Shown in pieces: positions 21,967 to 30,906 of a stretch of 64,000 nucleotides of DNA (its first letter is position 1; each line of letters starts with the position of its first letter). A model generated the notes under the pieces. It ran no database searches, was not told the DNA's origin, and saw nothing but the letters and a program-made list of their open reading frames with translations. Source of the DNA: Dehalococcoidia bacterium (GTDB lineage Bacteria > Chloroflexota > Dehalococcoidia > Lucifugimonadales > GCA-2712585); contig CBDBPI010000001.1 in the NCBI GenBank assembly GCA_965208725.1, forward strand, positions 732,687 through 796,686. The letters run 5' to 3'. The position numbers were made by a program, and so were the translations under genes.

Positions 21967-22554
21967 TCACCCACCTCCGGCTAGCTGAGTCAGCGCTCGG
22001 CGGATGCGCTCTTCCAGATCCAGCGACGCCGATTCTGGCCCCAGGCTCCGCAATGCCTGGCGCGCCTCGCCGGCGGTGTACCCCAACGCCGTCAGGGCCG
22101 ACACAGCGTCGGCGTCGTCCACAATGGGAGTCGTTGAGAGCGGCAGCCCCTCCTTCCCCAGCCGGTCCTTCAGTTCCAGCACGATGCGAGTGGCCGTGCG
22201 CTTGCCGATGCCGGGGACTGCCGTAAACGCATCCAGGTCTCCCGCCATGATAGCCGTGGCGAGGGCTTCCGGCGGTCGGGCCGAAAGCAGGTTGAGGGCG
22301 GACCGAGGGCCGATGCCGGAGACTCCGGTAAGCATGTAGAAGAATCGCAGCGCCGCAGGGCTGGGGAACCCGTACAACTGCGGTTCGTCGTCACGAATCA
22401 TCAGTCGGGTGTGCAGGGTAACCCTCTCTCCCTCCTCGCCCACGGAGAGGGCCAGGGATGCGGGCACGGATATCTGGAAGCCCACGCCACCCACTTCCAC
22501 CTGCACCCAGTCGGTCCCGCGGGCGCGCAGCACTCCGGTGACGAAGGCGATCAA
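21967..22554 (-). CDS. ruvA: Holliday junction helicase subunit RuvA
   Basis: MIAFVTGVL...; HhH motifs (LTGVSGIGPRSA, AVPGIGKRTA). Confidence 0.92.
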   Translation of the reverse strand: MIAFVTGVLRARGTDWVQVEVGGVGFQISVPASLALSVGEEGERVTLHTRLMIRDDEPQLYGFPSPAALRFFYMLTGVSGIGPRSALNLLSARPPEALATAIMAGDLDAFTAVPGIGKRTATRIVLELKDRLGKEGLPLSTTPIVDDADAVSALTALGYTAGEARQALRSLGPESASLDLEERIRRALTQLAGGG

Positions 22555-22582
22555 TTCAGCGCACCATAAGTGAGCATAGACG

Positions 22583-23098
22583 CTACCAGTCAGCCAGCGC
22601 CGCCATGTCGGCCAGTTCCCGCTGTCTCAGATGGCACAGGGCGATGGCCAGGGCATCGGACGTGTCGTAAGTGAGCGATTCTTCGTCGAGACCGAGGGTG
22701 ATGCACACCATCGTCATCACCTGCTCCTTGGAGGCGGCTCCGTGGTCGGCAACGGATGACTTTATCTGCGCCGGCGGGTAGCGGAAGACGGGCACGCCCT
22801 GGGATACGGCGGCTATGAGCACCGCCGCCTGGGCCTGCCCCACGGCAAATGCGGGGCCGACGAACCGGTTCGCACCCTGTCCCATGAAAGGTTCCTCTAT
22901 GGCGATTTCGTCGGGACGGAACATGCCAATCATGTTCATCAAATGAGAGTGCACCTGGTACAGCCTCTCTTCCACGGGAAGCGAGGACTTGAAGTCTAGG
23001 GCCCCATAGTCGCGGGCGAGTAGCTCGCTCTCGGATTCCTCTATCAGGCCATAGCCCAGATGTATCGTGCCGGGGTCTATGCCGAGAATCTTCAACAA
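22583..23098 (-). CDS. ruvC: crossover junction endodeoxyribonuclease RuvC
   Basis: ILGIDPGT...GYG...; 171 aa; RNase H-like fold motifs. Confidence 0.9.
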   Translation of the reverse strand: MLKILGIDPGTIHLGYGLIEESESELLARDYGALDFKSSLPVEERLYQVHSHLMNMIGMFRPDEIAIEEPFMGQGANRFVGPAFAVGQAQAAVLIAAVSQGVPVFRYPPAQIKSSVADHGAASKEQVMTMVCITLGLDEESLTYDTSDALAIALCHLRQRELADMAALADW

Positions 23099-23103
23099 CG
23101 TGG

Positions 23104-23865
23104 TTAGTTCTCTCGGCTGTACTTTTCCAGGGTCTCCTCGGGGAAGTCGGCGTTGGTGTACACCTTCTGGGAGTCCTGCAGGTCCTCCAGCAGGTCCAGC
23201 AGACGAAGCGTCTGCTCCGCCTCCTTGGGACTCAAGGCAACGGTCGCCTTCGGCACCATCGCGACTTCCGCCGTGGCGATGGAGACGTTTTCTTCTTCCA
23301 GCTGCCGCTTCACCTCTGCCAGGTTCTCCGGCAGGGTGAACACCTCGACGTAGCTGTCGTCTACCTGCACATCTTCGGCTCCGGCGTCGATGGCCAGCAG
23401 GGCCATGTCCTCCGCTTCATCGGGTGCCATCTCCATGGTGATGAGACCCATGGTGTCGAAGTTCCATGCAACGCAGCCGGAAGCCCCCAGGCTTGCGCCG
23501 ATCTTGGAGAAGGTCGCCCGCACTTCCGATGCGGTGCGGTTGCGATTGTCGGTTACAGTCTGGAGCAGGATGGCGACGCCGCCCGGGCCGTACCCTTCGT
23601 AGGTTATCTCCACCAGCTGGTCCTGCTCGTCACCCTCGCCCGTGCCCCGCTTGATTGCCCGGTCGATAGTATCGGCAGGCATGTTTGCGGCTTTGGCCCG
23701 GTCAATGGCTAGGCGAAGCTGATAGTTCATGTCGGGGTCTCCGCCCGCGCCCTCCCGGGCCGCTATCGTTATCTCACGGGTGAGCTTCGTGAAGAGTTGG
23801 CCGCGCTTGGCATCGGCGGCCCCCTTCTGGTGCTTGATGGTCTTCCACTTTGAATGACCGGACAT
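23104..23865 (-). CDS. YebC/PmpR family DNA-binding regulator
   Basis: MSGHSKWKTIKHQKGAADAKRGQLFTKL... canonical N-terminus. Confidence 0.92.
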   Translation of the reverse strand: MSGHSKWKTIKHQKGAADAKRGQLFTKLTREITIAAREGAGGDPDMNYQLRLAIDRAKAANMPADTIDRAIKRGTGEGDEQDQLVEITYEGYGPGGVAILLQTVTDNRNRTASEVRATFSKIGASLGASGCVAWNFDTMGLITMEMAPDEAEDMALLAIDAGAEDVQVDDSYVEVFTLPENLAEVKRQLEEENVSIATAEVAMVPKATVALSPKEAEQTLRLLDLLEDLQDSQKVYTNADFPEETLEKYSREN

Positions 23866-23903
23866 ATTGCCACCCCCTTTCCCTTCCTAGAGGCGATGCA
23901 GGC

Positions 23904-23933
23904 ATTGTATCACCGGCCCAAAGAGGGGGTCAA
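23904..23933 (-). promoter_or_regulatory. promoter for yebC-ruvC-ruvA (minus strand)
   Basis: Minus strand reads TTGACC, 18-nt spacer, TGaTACAAT (extended -10). About 40 nt upstream of the yebC ATG. Confidence 0.5.
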
Positions 23934-24020
23934 AAAAGCGCAACTTGCTGAGCGGCGAAAAGACGGGACAGACAATGCTAGAGAATTAGTCAGTAATACT
24001 GGAGAACGGACCGCGGCTTA

Positions 24021-24891
24021 GAAAGTGTCTAAAAACTGTCATTGGAAGTCGTAGGATAGTAGATAAGGGAGCACCTAAAGTAGTGTTCCATGAGCAGAGA
24101 GAGATATCCAAGCGACCTGAGTGACAAAGAATGGCAAATGCTGGAACCGTTGTTGCCTCCCCCGAAATCAACGGGCCGCCCAATCAATTACCCGCGCAGG
24201 GAGGTAATGAACGGAATTCGTTATGTGTTGCGCACCGGATGCGCATGGCGGATGCTCCCTCACGACCTGCCCCCGTGGCGCATCACGTTCCACTATTTTC
24301 GCACATGGCGAAGAGATGGGACCCTGGAGCGGATACATGAAGCGCTACGGGAACGTTTACGGCTGGATGAGGGACGGTCTGCCAGTCCGAGCGGGGCCAT
24401 CATAGACAGCCAAACGGTGAAGACCACGGAAAAAGGGGGCCTCGTGGCTATGACGCTGGTAAGAAGGTCTGTGGAAGAAAGCGACACATCGTAGTAGACA
24501 CTACAGGATTGTTGTTGACAGTGGTGGTACATCCGGCCAACATCCAGGATAGAGACGGAGCCAGGTGGGCGCTGATGGGTTTGGTAGGCCGGTTTCCTCG
24601 GTTGAAGCGAATCTGGGCTGATGGGGCTTACGCAGGCAAACTGGTGGAGTGGACGCGAAAGATATGTGGATGGAACTTGGAACTAGTGCGGCGTCCATCC
24701 GGTCAACACACCTTCGAGGTGCTTCCACGCCGTTGGGTTGTGGAGCGTACCTTTGCCTGGTTGGGCCGATATCGTCGCCTGAGCAAGGACTATGAGGAGT
24801 TGCCCCAGACCACAGAAGCATGGGTCTACGCCGCTATGACTGGTTTGATGCTACGACGATTGGCTAACTCCAATGCTTTTTAGACATCCTC
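24021..24891 (+). mobile_element. IS5-family insertion sequence, 871 bp, copy 2 (inverted relative to copy 1)
   Basis: Same termini as copy 1. TTA direct repeats at 24018-24020 and 24892-24894. The right-hand TTA is the complement of the TAA stop of the KH-domain gene. Confidence 0.9.
24090..24883 (+). CDS. IS5-family DDE transposase (orfA-orfB, -1 frameshift at GAAAAAG 24429-24435)
   Basis: Translations identical to copy 1. Confidence 0.85.
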
Positions 24892-25122
24892 TTAGACGAT
24901 TTCCAGGACTACGCGGGAGCCTTCCTTGATGGCGGCCACGCGCAGAATGGTGCGCATGGCCTGGGCCACGCGTCCCTGGCGTCCGATTATCTTCCCCTTG
25001 TCCTCGGCGGCGACTTCCAGCCGCAGGATAACCCGGTCGTCCTCCATCTCGGAGGTGACCTTCACCTCTTCGGGCTTGCTCGCCAGATTCCTGGCGATGT
25101 ACTCGATAAGTTCCTGCATCAC
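24892..25122 (-). CDS. KH-domain RNA-binding protein (YlqC/UPF0109)
   Basis: GKIIGRQGRVAQAMRTIL KH motif. Overlaps the rpsP stop (rpsP-KH operon). Confidence 0.88.
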   Translation of the reverse strand: MMQELIEYIARNLASKPEEVKVTSEMEDDRVILRLEVAAEDKGKIIGRQGRVAQAMRTILRVAAIKEGSRVVLEIV

Positions 25123-25466
25123 TGGGCAGTCTCTTCCTCTACGACTTCTTCAGCGGCTTCAGCGGCCGGAATTTCTTCTACCGCCGCCTCCGCTGCAGGG
25201 GCCGCTGCAGGTTCGGGAGCGTCTTCCTCAAACAGACGCTGCCAGTGGAAGATGCGCTGTACTGCGTCGGAGGGCTGGGCGCCGCGGCTGAGCCACATTC
25301 GGGCGCGCTCCTTGTCCAACGTCACGGCGGGTGGGTCGATGAGAGGGTCATAGTGGCCGATGCGCTCCACGAAGGCGCCATCCCGCGGCGAGCGGGAATC
25401 GGCCACTACAATTCGGTAGGAGGGCTGCTTTTTCTTGCCAACCCGTCGGAGTCTTATCCTAAGCAT
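25119..25466 (-). CDS. rpsP: 30S ribosomal protein S16 with acidic C-terminal extension
   Basis: MLRIRLRRVGKKKQPSYRIVVADSRSPRDG... Confidence 0.92.
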   Translation of the reverse strand: MLRIRLRRVGKKKQPSYRIVVADSRSPRDGAFVERIGHYDPLIDPPAVTLDKERARMWLSRGAQPSDAVQRIFHWQRLFEEDAPEPAAAPAAEAAVEEIPAAEAAEEVVEEETAQ

Positions 25467-25606
25467 GCAGTTACGTTCCTAGAAAGTTCGTTGATAGCGA
25501 GAGGAAATTTTAGATTAGGCGCAAATGGTTGTCAACGGATGATACGCTGGAGGGCGCGCTGTGGATCTTCTACGAGACGCCTCTCTCATTGGCTCGCCCA
25601 CCCCCT

Positions 25607-26266
25607 CTACACCCGGGCATAGGGTAGGGTCAGCCCCGCCGCACCGTGGCGCTTCAGATAGGCATGGCGCAGCTCCATAAACCGGCGCTGGTAGGCCAGG
25701 CTCATAATCGGGTCGGTGGTCATTATGTCCGCGTCTTCCCGGTTGTCGGAGTAGTAGGCCTTCCGCAGCCCCACCTTCTTGAAGCCGTACTTTTTGTATA
25801 GAGCAATGGCACTCTCGTTCGACACTCGCACTTCCAGGGTGACCACCCGGCTCTTCTGCTGCATCGCAAATTCTATGGCGCCGGCCAGCAGCAGTTCCCC
25901 CACGCCGCGGCCTCGATACGCTTTGCGAACGGCTATGGCCGTGATGTGGGCCTCTTCAAACACCAGCCACGTCGACACGTAACCAACGGGGTAGTCTTCC
26001 ATGGATGGGTCCGTCGAAGGCCTACCGAGGAAGGTCCGAAAGTTCTGGATGATCCGCTGGGGCATCGGGCCCGACGGCACGTCCGGCGTTTCTTCCTCTA
26101 CGGAGTCCTCCGGAGAAGGCGCCGCCGCTACCAGGAGCTTGATCTTGGGATTGTTGATCTCACTCCTGAAGGCGCTGTTGGGCCACAGTGAGGGGAACGC
26201 CTCCCGCTCGATTTCGCTGACCGAGGGGATGTCGGAATCTTGCAGTTTTCGCAGAATATAGGGCAT
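25607..26266 (-). CDS. rimI: GNAT acetyltransferase, RimI-like
   Basis: AVRKAYRGRGVGELLL acetyl-CoA site. Start taken at MPYILRKL; the longer track ORF has an implausible leader. Confidence 0.75.
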   Translation of the reverse strand: MPYILRKLQDSDIPSVSEIEREAFPSLWPNSAFRSEINNPKIKLLVAAAPSPEDSVEEETPDVPSGPMPQRIIQNFRTFLGRPSTDPSMEDYPVGYVSTWLVFEEAHITAIAVRKAYRGRGVGELLLAGAIEFAMQQKSRVVTLEVRVSNESAIALYKKYGFKKVGLRKAYYSDNREDADIMTTDPIMSLAYQRRFMELRHAYLKRHGAAGLTLPYARV

Positions 26267-26459
26267 AGCGTATTGGGTAGGGGGCGTAGACGATGAAAAG
26301 GGAACGGAGCAGCGGCAGTGCGCAAGACTCCACGTGTGACTATAAATATATTCTATCACGACCCGGGCAAGCGCTTTCGAGACGATTTTCACCAAATGGG
26401 AAAACTTTCACACACTCCCTTTACGTAACGTGCAGTCCATTTCTTGTTGTGGGATAAGG

Positions 26460-26488
26460 TTGACGGATAAGAGAGTCTATTTTATAAT
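26460..26488 (+). promoter_or_regulatory. promoter for vapBC, followed by a palindromic operator-like sequence
   Basis: TTGACG, 17-nt spacer, TATAAT. Then TCTAGCTAGTTAATCTAGA (26489-26507) overlapping the start. Confidence 0.5.
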
Positions 26489-26505
26489 CTAGCTAGTTAA
26501 TCTAG

Positions 26506-26772
26506 ATGGTGATTTCAATGGCTGAATGGGCGCTGCAAGATGCGAAAAACAAGTTCAGTGCGCTGGTCAATGCTGCGCTGGCCGGCGAAGCGCAGCGTGT
26601 CACTCGACGCGGCCAACCTGTGGTTGTAGTGGTATCAGAGGAGGAATATGAGCGACTCCGCCGGATGGAGAAGTCTAACGCGCCTTCACTTGGCCGGTTG
26701 CTCCTTGAAATACCGCAGGACGACCAGGAATTCGTCCGCCTGTCTCTCCCGGGAAGGCCGTTGGACTTATAG
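26506..26772 (+). CDS. vapB: type II antitoxin, Phd/YefM-like (VapB)
   Basis: WALQDAKNKFSALVNAAL...GQPVVVVVSEEEYERL. Overlaps vapC by 1 nt. Confidence 0.8.
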   Translation: MVISMAEWALQDAKNKFSALVNAALAGEAQRVTRRGQPVVVVVSEEEYERLRRMEKSNAPSLGRLLLEIPQDDQEFVRLSLPGRPLDL

Positions 26773-27176
26773 TGTTTCTTGTTGACACCGACGTACTTTC
26801 CGCCCTCCGCAGACACGAACGCAATCCCGAAGTGGCCCGTTGGGCAGAAACACAAAGGACGTCGGACCTGCATCTAAGTGTCGTGACTATAGGAGAGATA
26901 GAGCGTGGCATTACTCAACAGAAGCGTCATAACCCACCTTTCGCACGGGACCTGGCGACGTGGCTGGATCGCTTATTGGCGTGGTATGGCGACCGGATAT
27001 TGCCCGTGGATGAGAGTGTCGCGCGTCGATGGGGACAGTTATCAGCAACCCTTGGTTACGATAGCGCGGACCTGCTGATTGCCGCTACGGCATTGGAGCA
27101 TGGCCTGACGGTTGTTACCCGCAACATTCGCGACTTTGAACCAACTGGGGTTCATACACTCACTCCGCTTGGATAG
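26772..27176 (+). CDS. vapC: type II toxin VapC/FitB (PIN domain)
   Basis: FLVDTDVLS..., TIGEIERGI, DLLIAATALEHGLTVVTRNIRDF. Confidence 0.88.
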   Translation: MFLVDTDVLSALRRHERNPEVARWAETQRTSDLHLSVVTIGEIERGITQQKRHNPPFARDLATWLDRLLAWYGDRILPVDESVARRWGQLSATLGYDSADLLIAATALEHGLTVVTRNIRDFEPTGVHTLTPLG

Positions 27177-27217
27177 AGGAGAGGACACGAATTCAGCATT
27201 AGCGGAACGCGTTCTGG

Positions 27218-27246
27218 TTGGCATAACGGGACAAGAGTTATATAAT
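27218..27246 (+). promoter_or_regulatory. promoter immediately abutting the ABC exporter start (possible leaderless mRNA)
   Basis: TTGGCA, 17-nt spacer, TATAAT (27241-27246). The ATG at 27254 is 7 nt after the -10 and has no SD. Confidence 0.4.
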
Positions 27247-27253
27247 ATGTCGA

Positions 27254-29014
27254 ATGCGGATTCTGCTTCGCCTAGCGCAACACGGCTTTAGATACAAGCG
27301 GTACCTCTTCCTTGCCTGGATTTCGATTCTCGGGGCCAATGCTTTAGCCCTTGCCGTTCCCTGGCTCATCGGTGACGCCGTCGACCAAGTCCTGACCGAC
27401 GGTGACAGGGGCGGCCTGATTCTCTTGGGCGTTTCGCTGGTGCTGATAAGCGTAGTGCGTGGCGCCTTCAGCTACGGCCAGACTTACTTCGCGGAAAACG
27501 TCTCCTCACGGGTCACCTACTCTCTCAAGAACGCCCTCCTCAAGAGAATGCAGGGGTTGAGCTTCGCCTTTCACGATAAGCGGAACACCGGCGACCTCAT
27601 GTCCGTGGTCACCTACGACGTTGAGAGCACCCGGATGTTCATCAACTTCGGCATGGTGCGTTCGCTCCAGTTGACGATTCTGATAGGCGGAATAGCGCCC
27701 CTTCTGCTCATACTGCACTGGCAGCTGGCTTTGATAAGCCTGGCCGGGGTCCCAATAACCCTGTACACGACCATGACCATCACTACTCGAATGCGGCGAA
27801 TTTGGCGTTCCGTCCAACGCAAGATGGGCGTGCTGACCACGGTGCTCCAGGAGAACCTCGTCGGCATGAGGGTGGTCAAGTCTCTCGGCGCGGAAGAGGC
27901 CCAGGAGAAGCTCTTCCACGGGCACTCCTTCCAGGTCTCTGAAGAGACCTTCGCAGCCAACCGGCTCCGGGTTGCGAATACGGCCTTCCTCACATTCATG
28001 TACATCGGCGCCACTGGGCTGGTCGTCCTCTTCGGCGGCCGCTGGGTGCTCGGCGGCAGCCTCACCCCGGGCGAACTCGCCACGTTCCTCCTCTTTCTGG
28101 GTCTGCTGGTGATGCCCGTGCGAATGCTCGGATGGGCCGTCAACGTCTTCACCCGCGCCATGTCCTCAGGAGAGCGGATCTTTCAGATTCTCGACTCTCC
28201 CTCGCCCGTTGCCGACAGAGAAGGAGCAAGAAAGATGGACCACGCCGAGGGTGAGGTGGTCTTCGACAATGTTTCCTTCTCCTACAACGCCATCACCCCC
28301 ACACTCACCAACGTGAGCTTCCGCATTGAGCCGGGCCAGAAGGTGGCGGTGCTCGGCGCCGCCGGCAGCGGCAAGACCACCATCTGCAATCTTATCCCCC
28401 GCTTCTACGATCCAACCGGCGGCACGGTGACCATAGACGGGGTGAACGTGAAGGACTTGACCCTGAATTCCCTCCGTCACAACGTGGGCATCGTCTTCCA
28501 GGATGTGTTTCTCTTCCAGACGACCATACGTGAGAACATCAGCTACGGGGCCAACGGAGTAACCGCCGAGCAGGTGGAGGAAGCGGCCAGGGCGGCACGG
28601 CTTCACGATTTCATTATGACCCTGCCGGAGGGCTACGATACCCAGGTGGGCGAGCGGGGCGTGACTCTCTCCGGCGGCCAGCGGCAGCGGCTTGCCATCG
28701 CCCGCACCCTGCTAATAAACCCTCCTGTGCTGATACTGGACGATTCCACCTCCAGCGTGGACGTGGAGACTGAAAGGTCTATCCAGATGGCCCTTCAGCA
28801 GGTAATGGAGAACCGCACCACCTTTATCATTGCCCACCGGGTGAGCAGCGTGAAGGAAGCGGACCTTATTCTGGTGCTGAAGGACGGGGAGATCGCCGCC
28901 CAGGGCACCCACGACGAGCTCATCGCAAGGGACGGCTTCTACAAGCAGATCTATGAATTGCAGCTCCTGCCGGGAGAAGAAGTATTCCTGGAATCGGCGG
29001 TGACCCGTGACTGA
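27254..29014 (+). CDS. ABC exporter, fused permease/ATPase (type I exporter half-transporter)
   Basis: Six predicted TM helices; Walker A GAAGSGKTT, signature LSGGQRQR, Walker B LILDDSTS. Confidence 0.9.
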   Translation: MRILLRLAQHGFRYKRYLFLAWISILGANALALAVPWLIGDAVDQVLTDGDRGGLILLGVSLVLISVVRGAFSYGQTYFAENVSSRVTYSLKNALLKRMQGLSFAFHDKRNTGDLMSVVTYDVESTRMFINFGMVRSLQLTILIGGIAPLLLILHWQLALISLAGVPITLYTTMTITTRMRRIWRSVQRKMGVLTTVLQENLVGMRVVKSLGAEEAQEKLFHGHSFQVSEETFAANRLRVANTAFLTFMYIGATGLVVLFGGRWVLGGSLTPGELATFLLFLGLLVMPVRMLGWAVNVFTRAMSSGERIFQILDSPSPVADREGARKMDHAEGEVVFDNVSFSYNAITPTLTNVSFRIEPGQKVAVLGAAGSGKTTICNLIPRFYDPTGGTVTIDGVNVKDLTLNSLRHNVGIVFQDVFLFQTTIRENISYGANGVTAEQVEEAARAARLHDFIMTLPEGYDTQVGERGVTLSGGQRQRLAIARTLLINPPVLILDDSTSSVDVETERSIQMALQQVMENRTTFIIAHRVSSVKEADLILVLKDGEIAAQGTHDELIARDGFYKQIYELQLLPGEEVFLESAVTRD

Positions 29015-29042
29015 AATGAAAATGAAGGGGCGGGAGCGCTAG

Positions 29043-30854
29043 ATGATCGGCTGGAAGAGCGCAACAAGCGCAGACGCCTTTGACCACCGTCGCGGTGGTC
29101 TGAAGGATTTCCGCATACTTCTGCGGCTCATGCACTACACCACCCCTTATCGGGGGTTGGTGGCGCTAGGGCTGATTACCATGGTGATATATACCGTGAC
29201 GATGGTAGCAATGCCGGTAATCGTCCTGCTGGCCGTAGAAGCCATCGTGCCCCCGGACCAGAGCATGTCGCGTCTGACATGGCTCGTGGTCCTGTTCTTC
29301 GTGAACGCCGGAGTGCAATATCTCACCCACTACATACACCAGGTGGCTATGGCCCGAGTGTCCCAAAACCTGCTTCTGGACGTGCGCGACGATATGTTCA
29401 CCCATCTGCAGTCGCTCTCCATGTCCTACTACGACCGGTCGCAAATGGGCCGGATTATGTCTCGCCTGCAGAATGACGTCTTCCAGATCCAGGAGTTCCT
29501 CACCCAGTTCTCCATGACAATCGGCGACCTGCTCACCATAGGGGCCATCGTGGTGACCATGTTCTTCATCGACTGGCAACTGGCCCTCATTACCCTTACG
29601 GTGGTGCCGCCGCTGCTGGCAATCATGCTGGTCTGGCAGAACCTCTCCTGGCCCCGTTTCATGCGGGTGCGGACGGCTCTGGCCATTGTCAACGGCAACC
29701 TGCAGGAGAACATTTCCGGGATGAGAGTCATCCAGAGCATGAACCGGGAGGAAAAGAACTACGAACACTTCCGCAGCCTGAATCGAGACCATCGGGAGGC
29801 GCAGTTGAGCTCACAGAGATTCTCTGCCTCCCTGATGCCCACCGTAGAGATTCTGAGCGGGGCTGCCATGGCCCTGATTGTAATCTTCGGAGGCCTGATG
29901 ACCCTCAACGGCGCCCTCGCGGTGGGCGTCGTCGTCGCCTTCGCCCTCTACGTGCAGCGCTTCTTCGAGCCCATCCGCAACCTGACCATGCAGTACACCC
30001 AGATGCAGAGGGCAATGACCTCCGCGTCCCACATCTTCGAGCTCATCGATGAGAAACCGGAGATTGTGGACAAGCCCCGCGCCGTGCGTATGCCCCAGAT
30101 TCAGGGCAAGGTGGAGTTCGACAACGTTCACTTCAGCTACACGCCGGAGGTCGAGGTGCTGAAGGGCATCAACCTGACCATGAACCCCGGCGAGACCATC
30201 GCCGTCGTAGGAGCTACCGGGGCAGGCAAGACCACCCTTTCGTCCCTCATCCTCCGGCTGTACGACGTTACCGGCGGCAGCATCAAGGTCGACGGCTACG
30301 ACGTGCGTGAGGTGAACCGCGCCTCCCTGGTGAACCAGATCGGCACGGTGGTGCAGGAGCCGTTCCTCTTTTCGGGTAGCCTCAAGGACAACATCCGCTT
30401 CAACCACCCCCGCGTCACCGACCAGCAGATTGTAAGAGCAGCCAAGATCGTGGGCGCCCACGACTTCATAATGAAGCTGGAAGACGGGTACGACACCGGC
30501 GTGGAAGAGCGGGGCATGAACCTCAGCGCCGGCCAGCGACAGCTAATCGCCCTGGCGAGGGCGCTTGTCTTTGACCCCCGCATCATCATCCTGGACGAGG
30601 CCACCGCATCGGTGGACAGCCAGACGGAGACGGTGATTCAGGAAGCGCTGGGCGAGGTGCTGGAAGGACGGACCGCCCTGGTTATCGCCCACCGGCTCTC
30701 GACGGTGCGCAACGCCGACCGAGTAATCGTCATGGACCAGGGAGAGATTGTGGAAGAGGGGAACCACCTCCAACTGCTGCAAACGGGCGGGCTCTACTCC
30801 AAGCTGTACCGGATGAACTTCGGGGAGAACGGCGCGAACGAGTCGGCCGGCTAG
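29043..30854 (+). CDS. ABC exporter, fused permease/ATPase (probable heterodimer partner)
   Basis: GATGAGKTT, LSAGQRQL, IILDEATA. Confidence 0.9.
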   Translation: MIGWKSATSADAFDHRRGGLKDFRILLRLMHYTTPYRGLVALGLITMVIYTVTMVAMPVIVLLAVEAIVPPDQSMSRLTWLVVLFFVNAGVQYLTHYIHQVAMARVSQNLLLDVRDDMFTHLQSLSMSYYDRSQMGRIMSRLQNDVFQIQEFLTQFSMTIGDLLTIGAIVVTMFFIDWQLALITLTVVPPLLAIMLVWQNLSWPRFMRVRTALAIVNGNLQENISGMRVIQSMNREEKNYEHFRSLNRDHREAQLSSQRFSASLMPTVEILSGAAMALIVIFGGLMTLNGALAVGVVVAFALYVQRFFEPIRNLTMQYTQMQRAMTSASHIFELIDEKPEIVDKPRAVRMPQIQGKVEFDNVHFSYTPEVEVLKGINLTMNPGETIAVVGATGAGKTTLSSLILRLYDVTGGSIKVDGYDVREVNRASLVNQIGTVVQEPFLFSGSLKDNIRFNHPRVTDQQIVRAAKIVGAHDFIMKLEDGYDTGVEERGMNLSAGQRQLIALARALVFDPRIIILDEATASVDSQTETVIQEALGEVLEGRTALVIAHRLSTVRNADRVIVMDQGEIVEEGNHLQLLQTGGLYSKLYRMNFGENGANESAG

Positions 30855-30906
30855 AGCATCCGCCCATTTCCCCCATTCCCGCGCGCCACGTTCCTACGCC
30901 TTTTTT

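Noticed and set aside
1317-24020. Past inversion of the segment between the IS copies
   Set aside because: The 5' (1-445) and 3' (1320-2455) parts of the interrupted gene remain contiguous and in frame across copy 1. That would not be so after recombination between the copies. Because both TSDs are TTA, the duplications themselves are uninformative.
446-24891. Composite transposon formed by the two inverted IS copies carrying the 22.7-kb segment
   Set aside because: Each copy has its own TTA duplication on both sides. The cargo is core housekeeping DNA (rpmF, ftsK, uvrB, ruvAC). The two halves of the disrupted gene flank copy 1 directly. Two independent insertions explain this better.
26267-26395. 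N-terminal extensions of track ORFs (rimI 26267-26395, ruvB 31966-32097, aminotransferase 56135-56341, FAD oxidoreductase 56367-56573, mrp 12716-12871, cofH 33873-34187)
   Set aside because: The extensions overlap upstream genes or repeat arrays and have implausible sequences. Internal starts align with conserved family N-termini, some with good SDs.
27205-27214. LexA (Cheo-type GAAC-N4-GTTC) SOS boxes at 27205-27214 and 44293-44308
   Set aside because: The spacings are wrong (GAAC-N2-GTTC and GTTC-N8-GAAC). No SOS gene context supports either site. They are kept only as generic palindromes.
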